Shown: positions 45,967 to 53,901 of the stretch, one piece after another
How positions within the stretch are numbered: position 1 is the stretch's first letter
How the letters are laid out: each line of letters starts with the position of its first letter
Assembly (NCBI GenBank): GCA_037076615.1
Contig: AP029158.1
Location: forward strand, 636,299-700,298
Origin: Candidatus Parcubacteria bacterium
GTDB lineage: Bacteria > Patescibacteriota > Patescibacteriia > Patescibacteriales > UBA12465
DNA length: 64,000 nt
Direction: 5' to 3'
Program-made: the position numbers and the translations under genes
The notes under the pieces: model-generated
What the model was told of the DNA's origin: nothing
Seen by the model: only the letters and a program-made list of their open reading frames with translations
Database searches by the model: none

Positions 45967-45996
45967 AAAGACCAGGAAATTAATTTCCTGGTCTTT
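45967..45996. terminator. bidirectional terminator between the convergent S66 peptidase and HisRS-like genes
   Basis: Perfect 30-nt palindrome AAAGACCAGGAAATT/AATTTCCTGGTCTTT. Confidence 0.75.
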
Positions 45997-47152
45997 AGCA
46001 GTCACCGTCCTTAAACAGTTTCTGCATTAGCTCTGCACCTATTCCAGAGGTAACCATCGCCTCGCGTTTGTTATCGAGTAGTTTCGCAGCCCAATCTACA
46101 GCTCCTCCATCCGCAATCTGAACCACATCGCCTTTTTGGTTGGTGGCAAAAATGTGGAAGCATAGATGCGGATAATAGCCCAACCCAGCTTTTCTATTGA
46201 AGTCAAAGCAGAATCGGACATCAGGATTAGTTGAACGAAGTGGTTTTATAATACCTTGCTCAATGTGCGCAAAGTATCTAACTCGATCAGCGAGACCGTT
46301 ATCCCTGAACATTGTCGGCTTTAGGTCGTCTGCAGTTTCAACTTCTCTTGGAAACTGAACTTGATATTCCGTGAACAAGTCGAAGTCGTCATTAAGTGAA
46401 TTTCGCAAGACATCTTCACGAGAAAGTTTGATCGCTTCTATCAACTGATCAAGGAATCGCATATCAGAAACCTTGACAGTAATGTCTGACGATTTGTACC
46501 CTTCTCTATGTAGGACAGAGATAGTATTCAGCAATGTCGCTATATGTTTCTGCAGCGAAGGAATTGCAAACCCACCCATTTCTGACCTGTTGGGCCCACC
46601 AGAGCAAAGAGCAAAAAGGTTGAAATGTTGCATATACCCCTTGCTCTTGTCGAACGGCTGTAGCCGCAGAACACGACCCGATGTACTAATGTGTATAGCA
46701 CTCTTATCTTTTCGGGTCACATTCCGTTTTCTCCTTAATGAGCACTCTAACGCAAGCTGGCTTGTTAGATCGCTCACAACTTCCGATCCTCGTATCGAGG
46801 AAAGAGTGTTGTTTTGGCTAACCATGCTCAATACTGCGTTGAGACCAAAAGGTGCAATGGGAGAAGTTTGAACGCTCTCGAACGTAGACCGTGTCGCCTC
46901 GTGACATGCGAGGGCAAACTTGTACAGCTCGATTTGAGTTATCGAACTAATCCCGAGAAATTCTTGCCTCCTTTCGTACTCTTGGAGTAGCTCTGCTGGT
47001 TTTCTGACCATCGCCCTATTCTTGAATGCATGCACCAGAATAGGCTGTAGGCGACGCATCGGTGTTGTCGACAGAATCTCAAGGAGGTTGGTCACACCAA
47101 GCTCCTTGGAGATGCTTTGAATCATTTTTTCTTCCGAACTCTTGGAATCCAT
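45995..47152 (-). CDS. class IIa aaRS-like protein (HisRS/HisZ-like core, no anticodon-binding domain)
   Basis: SSIRGSEVVSDLTSQLA (compare LRPEGT...), RVLRLQPFDKSKGYMQHFNLFALCSGG (motif-2-like), GLGYY (compare GLDYY), IADGGAVDW...AMVTSGIGAELM (GGRYD/motif-3-like, Arg absent). Similarity judged by eye only. Confidence 0.45.
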   Translation of the reverse strand: MDSKSSEEKMIQSISKELGVTNLLEILSTTPMRRLQPILVHAFKNRAMVRKPAELLQEYERRQEFLGISSITQIELYKFALACHEATRSTFESVQTSPIAPFGLNAVLSMVSQNNTLSSIRGSEVVSDLTSQLALECSLRRKRNVTRKDKSAIHISTSGRVLRLQPFDKSKGYMQHFNLFALCSGGPNRSEMGGFAIPSLQKHIATLLNTISVLHREGYKSSDITVKVSDMRFLDQLIEAIKLSREDVLRNSLNDDFDLFTEYQVQFPREVETADDLKPTMFRDNGLADRVRYFAHIEQGIIKPLRSTNPDVRFCFDFNRKAGLGYYPHLCFHIFATNQKGDVVQIADGGAVDWAAKLLDNKREAMVTSGIGAELMQKLFKDGDC

Positions 47153-47312
47153 TTTTTACCTCCTTTTTAGCTGTTAAAGAACGAGACCTCAAGACCATCT
47201 TGAAGCTTAATGCGAACATAGCACAATTATGTTCTTTTGTCCAGAGCAAGTCACTTTCCTTGAACCATGAATTAAAGGAGTAGATATTAGCTTATCATCA
47301 GTTAAAAGAACA

Positions 47313-47816
47313 TTGGTTAGAAATAATTTAATCAGATCTAGAAGTCCTTGGAAAAAATGGCATTATTCTTTGCCTCGTCCAATATCTGAAAAACTGGGTG
47401 ATTTACTACAAATTGATACAGTTCATTTTTTAACTAGTGATGGTGAAAGATTTTATGTCTATACTATAATTGTTTTATATTCTCGTTGGGCTTATGCTAA
47501 AGTTGTCAAAAAGATAAGTGCTGATAGAAGTGCCCGATTCGTGAAAGAAGCTAAGAGAAAATCATCTTTCAATTTTGAAATGACTCGATCTGATCATGGT
47601 CCAGAATTTAGTTCTTGGTTCACTAATGAATTAATTAGATTAAATATATCTCATAGACATTCTAGAATCAGAAAGTGTAACGACAATGCTCATATTGAAA
47701 GATTTAATCGGACTATTCAGGAAGAATGTTTTGGAATAGATAGACCAGTTAGTTATGATAGATATTTATCTTTAATTAATTATTATCAAGACTATAATAA
47801 GCATAATTTTATTTAA
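47313..47816 (+). mobile_element. 5'-truncated DDE (rve, IS481/IS3-like) transposase remnant
   Basis: Integrase core LQIDTVHF...SDHGPEF...NAHIERFNRTIQEE (D, D, E). The N-terminal HTH domain is missing and the in-frame upstream sequence hits a stop at about 47284. Confidence 0.75.
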
Positions 47817-47891
47817 TATAAGACAAAAAATTTCAGAATAATTAATTTATCTCGAAAAAGCCAATGAAAAATTAAAATTATTATTTGATTA

Positions 47892-47923
47892 AAACCATTC
47901 CAACTATGTCCCACCCTCTCCGC
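47892..47923. repeat. right copy of the 32-bp imperfect direct repeat
   Basis: See 41535-41566; lies about 75 nt after the transposase remnant. Confidence 0.8.
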
Positions 47924-47980
47924 CAGAAGAACTAAGTATCGGTATAATCCGAGTACTTAAATTGGGGTATTTAAGCTAAA

Positions 47981-48913
47981 ATGAACAATGTGGAAAAGTT
48001 TGAACAGATAAAATCTAGTCATTTAGAAAATCAAGAGTCGTTAAAAAACCTGCAACGGCAACTGCATTTTGATGGTGTTGAATTATTACCCGGACAGGAA
48101 TTTCCTATAAATATTCACGTTCGAAAAGAACCGATTGAAATTAAAGACGGAGATAGTTTAGAATTATTGTCACTTATGGAAGAAGCTGAAAAGTTAGCAG
48201 AATTTCCTGAGGAAGAACGTCTTACGGCTTTAATAGAACTAGTACGCAGTAAACTCAAATACCCATATCCTGATGTTATGGAGGCTTCGGGAGCAGAGAA
48301 TCCTGAATTGAAAGAATGGCTTGAAAAAAGATTTGGGCTAAATCCGAGTATTTGGAAACTTGAACTTAACGATTTACTAAAAAATGGATTTGGCGATTGT
48401 AAGATTATGGCTGCAGCTTATCTTATAGCGGCGCAATCTGCAAAAATTAAAGGTATTTATGCAAATAGCGGAGTCAGTCTTAAAAACATTGTTAGATCTG
48501 ACATCAGCAAGCCGATATTTAAATCGGTAGAACTAGATCGGGATACAAATTCAGCCCACGAATGGGTTAAAATTCAATTATCAGACGGGAGATTGATTCC
48601 AGTCGACCCAACAACCAATATGGTTGGCTTAGGAGAAATGATAGCGGTTTTTAGGCAAGCTGGTTATAACGTTCCAGTTACTTTCAAATCTGAAGTTCCT
48701 TCTGATTTAGAGCTGGAACGCGATGGTGCCGCTTTCGCTCCAGGAGAAACAGAAAAAAGACTGAATTTAAAGTTAAAAATTGGATCAGTAATGAGTTTTG
48801 GTGAGGGCGCATCTACAAAAAGATTGAAAACTGATAAATTTTCTGGAGATGTAGATGTAAAATTTAATTCAAATACAGATTCTAAAAGTACAAACCTTGA
48901 TTTTTTGGATTAA
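47981..48913 (+). CDS. transglutaminase-like cysteine protease fold protein
   Basis: Putative Cys-His-Asp triad in NGFGDCKIMAAAYL ... SAHEWVKIQLSDGRLIPVDPT. Confidence 0.55.
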   Translation: MNNVEKFEQIKSSHLENQESLKNLQRQLHFDGVELLPGQEFPINIHVRKEPIEIKDGDSLELLSLMEEAEKLAEFPEEERLTALIELVRSKLKYPYPDVMEASGAENPELKEWLEKRFGLNPSIWKLELNDLLKNGFGDCKIMAAAYLIAAQSAKIKGIYANSGVSLKNIVRSDISKPIFKSVELDRDTNSAHEWVKIQLSDGRLIPVDPTTNMVGLGEMIAVFRQAGYNVPVTFKSEVPSDLELERDGAAFAPGETEKRLNLKLKIGSVMSFGEGASTKRLKTDKFSGDVDVKFNSNTDSKSTNLDFLD

Positions 48914-49099
48914 CCTATGGGTGACCCGAGTACCTCAAATGGGTCGAGCGAAATGTGCTAAAATATTCTTACAAGGCCTCATCTCGGTGATACTTAATTC
49001 AGTTAGGCCGCTAAATTAAAACTTAGTAAAATAAGGGTCTTTGCTGATTAATCCGTCAGCATCAAAGCAATCGACTAACTAATTCCCGTTTTTCAAAAT

Positions 49100-49447
49100 A
49101 TGCGAATTTGGGACATACCAACAAGATCGCTCTGTCGCAAACATCTTCTCGCCGAACATCGGGAACTGCATGGACTTTGGAATATTCTCACAAAACATGG
49201 CGGTAAAGGGGGCTATTCCAGGCACCCAGAAACGCTTCGTTGGATTGGCAAAGAAAAGGCTTTATATCTTAGACACGAAGAAGAAGCGAAAGAGATTATC
49301 AGGAGAGGTTATAACCACAAGAGCCCCTTGGATTTTAAATTGGCGGCCGGAAGCAAAGACAAACAAGATATAAAAATTGATACAATTGCCAAACAAAAAG
49401 AACTCCTGAATAATAAGCCCTGTGATTGTAAATTTACGCCTCGCTAA
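49100..49447 (+). CDS. pyrimidine-dimer DNA glycosylase (T4 endonuclease V / DenV family)
   Basis: MRIWDIP..LCRKHLLAEHRELHGLW resembles T4 endoV LADQHLMAEYRELPRVF; also RRGYNHKSPL. Confidence 0.65.
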   Translation: MRIWDIPTRSLCRKHLLAEHRELHGLWNILTKHGGKGGYSRHPETLRWIGKEKALYLRHEEEAKEIIRRGYNHKSPLDFKLAAGSKDKQDIKIDTIAKQKELLNNKPCDCKFTPR

Positions 49448-49508
49448 AAAAATCGCCACTGACGAGGACTGAGCTAGTGTTTAAATTATTATTTAATATT
49501 TAAAAAAT

Positions 49509-49826
49509 ATGAAAAAAAATACCCTTATTAAACAAGGCCTTCTCTACGCCTTTGGGGTCGTTGTCTATGTTTCACTCTTAAGCCTCTTTATGGAAAACGC
49601 TTCCGGCTGGTTCGGCGAAGAGGATGCTCGCGTAATAACTCCGGTAGCCGTTCTTTTGCTCTTTATTTTCTCTGCCTTAATCACTGGCGGCCTGGTTCTA
49701 GGAAAACCAATTTTACTTTATCTTGAGGGGAAGAAAAAAGAGGGCCTCGATCAATTATTATCTACCGGCATTAGTTTGTTTGTCTACCTCCTGATTGTTT
49801 TTTTGATATTGTGGTTACAAAAATAA
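49509..49826 (+). CDS. small membrane protein (three predicted TM helices)
   Basis: 105 aa, three hydrophobic stretches; no recognisable motif. Confidence 0.5.
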   Translation: MKKNTLIKQGLLYAFGVVVYVSLLSLFMENASGWFGEEDARVITPVAVLLLFIFSALITGGLVLGKPILLYLEGKKKEGLDQLLSTGISLFVYLLIVFLILWLQK

Positions 49827-50051
49827 ACATTAATCCTATTTTTTAATAACCCCTAAAAAACACCCTCAGCGGTGTTTTCGTTTTTGTAAAAACACCTTAA
49901 GTGCGGTACAATTTAATCAGCGCCGGCAACGGCACCTATCTTTTGAGAATGTTACTTTCAGAAATAACTAGGGCCTACTATAGTATCAACCCCTTATAAG
50001 CGCTGGCCGCTTTGATTAATAAAATATTTATAAATTATAAAAAATAAAAGT

Positions 50052-50945
50052 ATGAAAAAACTAGGCACTCTCCTTATTTTATTGATTGTTTTTTTAGTTG
50101 CCTCTTTTATTATTATCGAGCAAAAAAACAACAGTAAAGTAACTGTTCTCTGGCCCAATGGCGGGGAAACTATCGAGGCGGGATCAACTCAAATAATTAA
50201 TTGGGGAACAAAAAATATCCCCGAAGGAAACAAAATTTCAATTTCTATTAGACGCGTTCTCGCCACTGGTGAGGTAGTTGAAGGACAAGAATTTGATCCG
50301 CTACTTTTTGTCAACCTAGAAAATACTGGCACCATCGAGTGGGAAGTGTCTGAGAGTTATCCTGAAGGTGATTATATTTTAGAAATTAACAGCTACGAAT
50401 CCTTGCCGATGACTAACCCAATTAGCGATGAAAGTGACACTGCTTTTAAAATTACTAAAAGTAATAGCAGTGCCGTCGCCGACGACAGCTGGTCAACTTA
50501 CAAAAACGAAAATTTTTCTTACCAAATAAAATACCCAACCAGCCTAACCTTAAAAGAGTTCTTAAAAACAGGAACTGGGGGAAGCTTTATTATAAATGAC
50601 GAAGACCCTATTGACTGTCTTACCGTCTCAGCGAGAACCGCCGTTGGCCCGAAAGCCGAATTAGCTTTTGACGATTATGTTAAGGAGGCAGCGATTCAAG
50701 AAATTCAAGGTGTGACTGAATTAAATTCCATTGAAACTATCACCACTAATACCGGCGATTCGGTTTACAAAACTACCTGGAGTTATAAAAAGCCCGGCGA
50801 CGATCAAGATAAAAATTTAGCAATTACTTATCTTGAAGGACCGGGAAGTGTTGGCGCTGAAAATTATAAAACTATTCAATTAATTTTAAATGATTCTCGC
50901 TGTGAAGACGTCTACAACCAAATGCTTTTGACTTTCGGTAAATAA
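50052..50945 (+). CDS. signal-anchored extracytoplasmic protein, unknown function
   Basis: N-terminal hydrophobic anchor; Ig-like VTVLWPNGGETIEAGSTQIINWGT segment. Confidence 0.55.
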   Translation: MKKLGTLLILLIVFLVASFIIIEQKNNSKVTVLWPNGGETIEAGSTQIINWGTKNIPEGNKISISIRRVLATGEVVEGQEFDPLLFVNLENTGTIEWEVSESYPEGDYILEINSYESLPMTNPISDESDTAFKITKSNSSAVADDSWSTYKNENFSYQIKYPTSLTLKEFLKTGTGGSFIINDEDPIDCLTVSARTAVGPKAELAFDDYVKEAAIQEIQGVTELNSIETITTNTGDSVYKTTWSYKKPGDDQDKNLAITYLEGPGSVGAENYKTIQLILNDSRCEDVYNQMLLTFGK

Positions 50946-50964
50946 AAAATTACTAATAGCCAAT

Positions 50965-51002
50965 AAAAAACCCTCCACATTATGTGAAGGGTTTTGTTTT
51001 TT
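50965..51002. terminator. bidirectional terminator between convergent genes
   Basis: AAACCCTCCACA-TTATG-TGAAGGGTTT (one mismatch) flanked by an A-run and a T-run. Confidence 0.6.
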
Positions 51003-51013
51003 AAAATTACAAT

Positions 51014-51832
51014 TTACAATACCGTTTCACCGTCCCACTCTTCGGTAACGTCGAAGGTGATTTTGGCACCACCAAGATCCGAGCCATCACTGTTACCACC
51101 GAGGAGTTTAGTAATTACTTTATATCTCCGGTTTGGTTGGATATTAACAGTGCGAGAATAGTGATCATAATCTTTGTTAACTAAATCAGAGTGAATCGTA
51201 ACCTCAATCTTTACGTTTTTCGCCGGAAAAACGAAGTTAAAGTCGTTATCACCGGTAACCGCCGTCCATTTTTTGGCTGGGGCAAACTTCCAAGTAGTTA
51301 GATCTAAGGAAGTTGGTGAGGAGATACTAGCTTTAAGCGTAATCCAGGGAAATAATTTTAAGCCGTCACTTTTGATAATTTCGATTGCCGAAACCATCCT
51401 CTTTAACACTATCGTGGCTTCCGTGCCCGTTTCTAAAACATTGAGCGCGTAATCGGTGTGATAAAAATGTTGAGAATTTAAATCTGTAGTTAGCAAAAGC
51501 GTTTTATAGCTCTCCGAACAAACAAAGCGGCAATTATAATTGCCCGGGAAAAGCTCCAAATTCAAGCCCTGACTTCTCTGACAATCGCCTTCTAGGGCAA
51601 TTTGTCCGGAAGTAGCCTCGGTAATTACATAATGCAAATTTTGCGGAGCCGCCGTTTCACTCATGGCCGATCTTAAACCAACTTCTTCCACTACTAATCC
51701 ACTAAAACTAAATTTAACGGGAACTTTTTGATTCAGCTCCGGAATTTCACCCTTAGAACAAGATACTAAAAATACTGAACCAATAAACATCAACATCAAC
51801 AGTACATTTCTCATCGCATTGTTTTTTTTCAT
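51014..51832 (-). CDS. putative lipoprotein, unknown function
   Basis: Signal peptide with lipobox (VFLVSC-SKGE); beta-rich sequence. Confidence 0.55.
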   Translation of the reverse strand: MKKNNAMRNVLLMLMFIGSVFLVSCSKGEIPELNQKVPVKFSFSGLVVEEVGLRSAMSETAAPQNLHYVITEATSGQIALEGDCQRSQGLNLELFPGNYNCRFVCSESYKTLLLTTDLNSQHFYHTDYALNVLETGTEATIVLKRMVSAIEIIKSDGLKLFPWITLKASISSPTSLDLTTWKFAPAKKWTAVTGDNDFNFVFPAKNVKIEVTIHSDLVNKDYDHYSRTVNIQPNRRYKVITKLLGGNSDGSDLGGAKITFDVTEEWDGETVL

Positions 51833-52032
51833 TACTTAAATTATTTTTTTCTAGACCAGAATTAGTCGTAGCTAAAAAACCTCAAATACTTCAGGCCTTA
51901 TAGCTACTACTAAAAATCCAGCACTTGTTAAAGATCGTAAAAAACCTTGTTCAAGATAACAAGACAGAAAAATTTTGTCAATAGCTAGACCGCTTTCAAG
52001 CACCTTTAATCCTACCGCACAGCGGTTAGAAT

Positions 52033-52062
52033 AAAAAACCTCCGATTAGGGAGGTGTTTTTA
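52033..52062 (-). terminator. terminator after the LUD-domain gene
   Basis: Minus strand CCTCC-CTAATC-GGAGG followed by TTTTTT. Confidence 0.6.
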
Positions 52063-52066
52063 TATT

Positions 52067-52729
52067 TTAATAGCCTAGAATTTCGTTTACTATTAATAGG
52101 TGAAGCTTTCGACCCATAAAATCCGGTTCTCGATTTAAAAGTAAGACTTTAGAAGGATAAGTGCCAACACCTTGGGTGGCTTGCATCCGCTCTCCCTCTA
52201 AAGGGATTACGTACTCCTCTAAACGCTTCCAGGCCTCACCAATTGTCGGTACAATCTTTTGGGCGCCGACAACTAAAACTAAATTAGGAGAAGTAGACAC
52301 CAGATGCGGTAATTGGCTCCCGGAGTTAGAAGCGATTAGAAGCTCTCCGTCTTCCGTTAAAGCATGGACCGAACCCAGATAAAATTCGGATAAAATCGCT
52401 TGTTGTCTCATCTTTTGCTGCTCAACCGGATCGCTAATCGCTAAAATATCAGCATGTAAATTTTTCCAACCGTGTTCACCGCTTTTTAAATAATTAACAA
52501 AACCAATTTCTTCTAAAGTACGGGAAGAACCATTCATCACCGAAGATCCGGCCGGAATTAATTCTTTTACTCTAGAGAAGGCCGCTTCTTTAGTCTCTAT
52601 TAGTTCCGGTAAAAATCCGCGCCCCTTTAAAGAGTTTATTGTTTTAGCAACTGTCTCTTTAGAGGCTAAATTATTGTAAGTCATAATAATTTTATTTATA
52701 TTTTTTAAAAACTCCGTCCTATTATACAC
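52067..52729 (-). CDS. LUD-domain (LutC/YkgG-like) protein
   Basis: 220 aa; ...GSSRTLEEIG...LGSVHALTEDGELLIASNSGSQL...LVVGAQKIV pattern of the LUD family. Confidence 0.65.
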   Translation of the reverse strand: MYNRTEFLKNINKIIMTYNNLASKETVAKTINSLKGRGFLPELIETKEAAFSRVKELIPAGSSVMNGSSRTLEEIGFVNYLKSGEHGWKNLHADILAISDPVEQQKMRQQAILSEFYLGSVHALTEDGELLIASNSGSQLPHLVSTSPNLVLVVGAQKIVPTIGEAWKRLEEYVIPLEGERMQATQGVGTYPSKVLLLNREPDFMGRKLHLLIVNEILGY

Positions 52730-52809
52730 CCCCTGGGGGTATTAGTCAAGAGCAAGACTTTTGGTCAACTCCTAATAAGAAGCTCAGGAATAAATCCTGA
52801 GCTAAAAGG

Positions 52810-52883
52810 CGGAATGGACGGGACTCGAACCCGCGACCTCCTGCGTGACAGGCAGGCGCTCTAACCAGCTGAGCTACCACTCC
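52810..52883 (-). tRNA. tRNA-Asp (anticodon GUC)
   Basis: Minus strand GGAGTGGTAGCTCAGCTGGTTAGAGC..., anticodon stem CCTGC/GCAGG, loop CTGTCAC, T-loop TTCGAGT. Confidence 0.88.
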
Positions 52884-53044
52884 TAATTTTTGAAAAAAGG
52901 CCGCTTTCTCAGAAGTCGGCAAAGAAATCATAGCAAAAGAATCTTTGCCTTGTCAAACCCCTTTTTTTATCCTACAATAAGCTTGTTCTTGATCTAACTC
53001 TTTTTATAATAAAAGTGGTTTTTTCAGGAACTTATTTAAAATAT

Positions 53045-53428
53045 ATGGAAAAAGAACTGACTCCCCAGGAGATTGAAAAAATCAAAAAAAACTTAATCGC
53101 CCGACGCGCCGGGTTGATGGCGGATATGGAGGAAAAATCCCGAGTAAACCCCAACGAGGCCGATAATTTGAGCTCTAAATTTCCGGAATACGGCGACAAG
53201 CCGGATGAAAATGCCCAAGAGATAATGGACTATTCCACCGATTTAGCAACTGAGCAAATTTTAGAAAAAACCTTAATTGAAATTAATGGCGCTTTAAAGA
53301 GAATTGAAAATGGGACTTATGGCATCTGCCGTTACTGCAAAAATCCTATTGGCGCTAAACGTTTAATGGCTCGCCCGGTGGCCAGCTCTTGTATTTCCTG
53401 CAAAACCGAGCTCCAGGAAAATGAATAA
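53045..53428 (+). CDS. DksA/TraR-family C4 zinc-finger protein
   Basis: CRYCKNPIGAKRLMARPVASSCISCK; the ATG at 53045 is preferred over the GTG at 53015. Confidence 0.8.
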   Translation: MEKELTPQEIEKIKKNLIARRAGLMADMEEKSRVNPNEADNLSSKFPEYGDKPDENAQEIMDYSTDLATEQILEKTLIEINGALKRIENGTYGICRYCKNPIGAKRLMARPVASSCISCKTELQENE

Positions 53429-53891
53429 AGCCCTCACCAGAGATAAATTTAGCCATATAGCCGGGTTTCTAACCTTGGCTATATTTTTTTTAAGTGACCG
53501 CTGGTTTAAGCGCTTAAGCTTGGGCGGACTGGATCTTGTTTTGATTCCGGAATTTTTAAATTTTAAATTTTTCGCTAACAAAAACATCGCCTTTTCTTTA
53601 CCCCTCGAGGGCGCCTGGCTCATTTTTATTATTACCCTAATTATTAGCTTTTTAATTTTTTACTTTCTCCGTTTTTACTGGGCTTTAAACAAAACTACTC
53701 TTTTCGGCTTAGGCGCCGTAATCACTGGTGCTTTAAGCAATTTAATTGACCGCTTTACTAACGGTTTTGTGATTGATTATCTGGATTTAAGTCACTTTAC
53801 CATCTTTAATGTCGCCGACATTTTAATTGTGGTCGGAACAGCGCTTATCTTTTGGGGGCTAATAAAAGAAAATCGGCAAAACGCCGATTAG
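53421..53891 (+). CDS. lspA: lipoprotein signal peptidase II
   Basis: GALSNLIDRF...GFVIDYLD...FNVADI catalytic Asp motifs; four TM helices. Confidence 0.9.
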   Translation: MNKALTRDKFSHIAGFLTLAIFFLSDRWFKRLSLGGLDLVLIPEFLNFKFFANKNIAFSLPLEGAWLIFIITLIISFLIFYFLRFYWALNKTTLFGLGAVITGALSNLIDRFTNGFVIDYLDLSHFTIFNVADILIVVGTALIFWGLIKENRQNAD

Positions 53892-53901
53892 CTTAAATAG
53901 T

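Noticed and set aside
41879-47152. Canonical microcin C (mccABCDEF) cluster
   Set aside because: There is no ThiF/MccB-like adenylyltransferase, no MFS exporter, no acetyltransferase and no convincing short precursor ORF ending in Asn. Only the MccF-like and SAM-fold components are shared, so the locus is reported as a distinct candidate system rather than as a microcin C cluster.
52746-52931. 61-aa minus-strand ORF
   Set aside because: It overlaps tRNA-Asp(GUC) and is an artefact.
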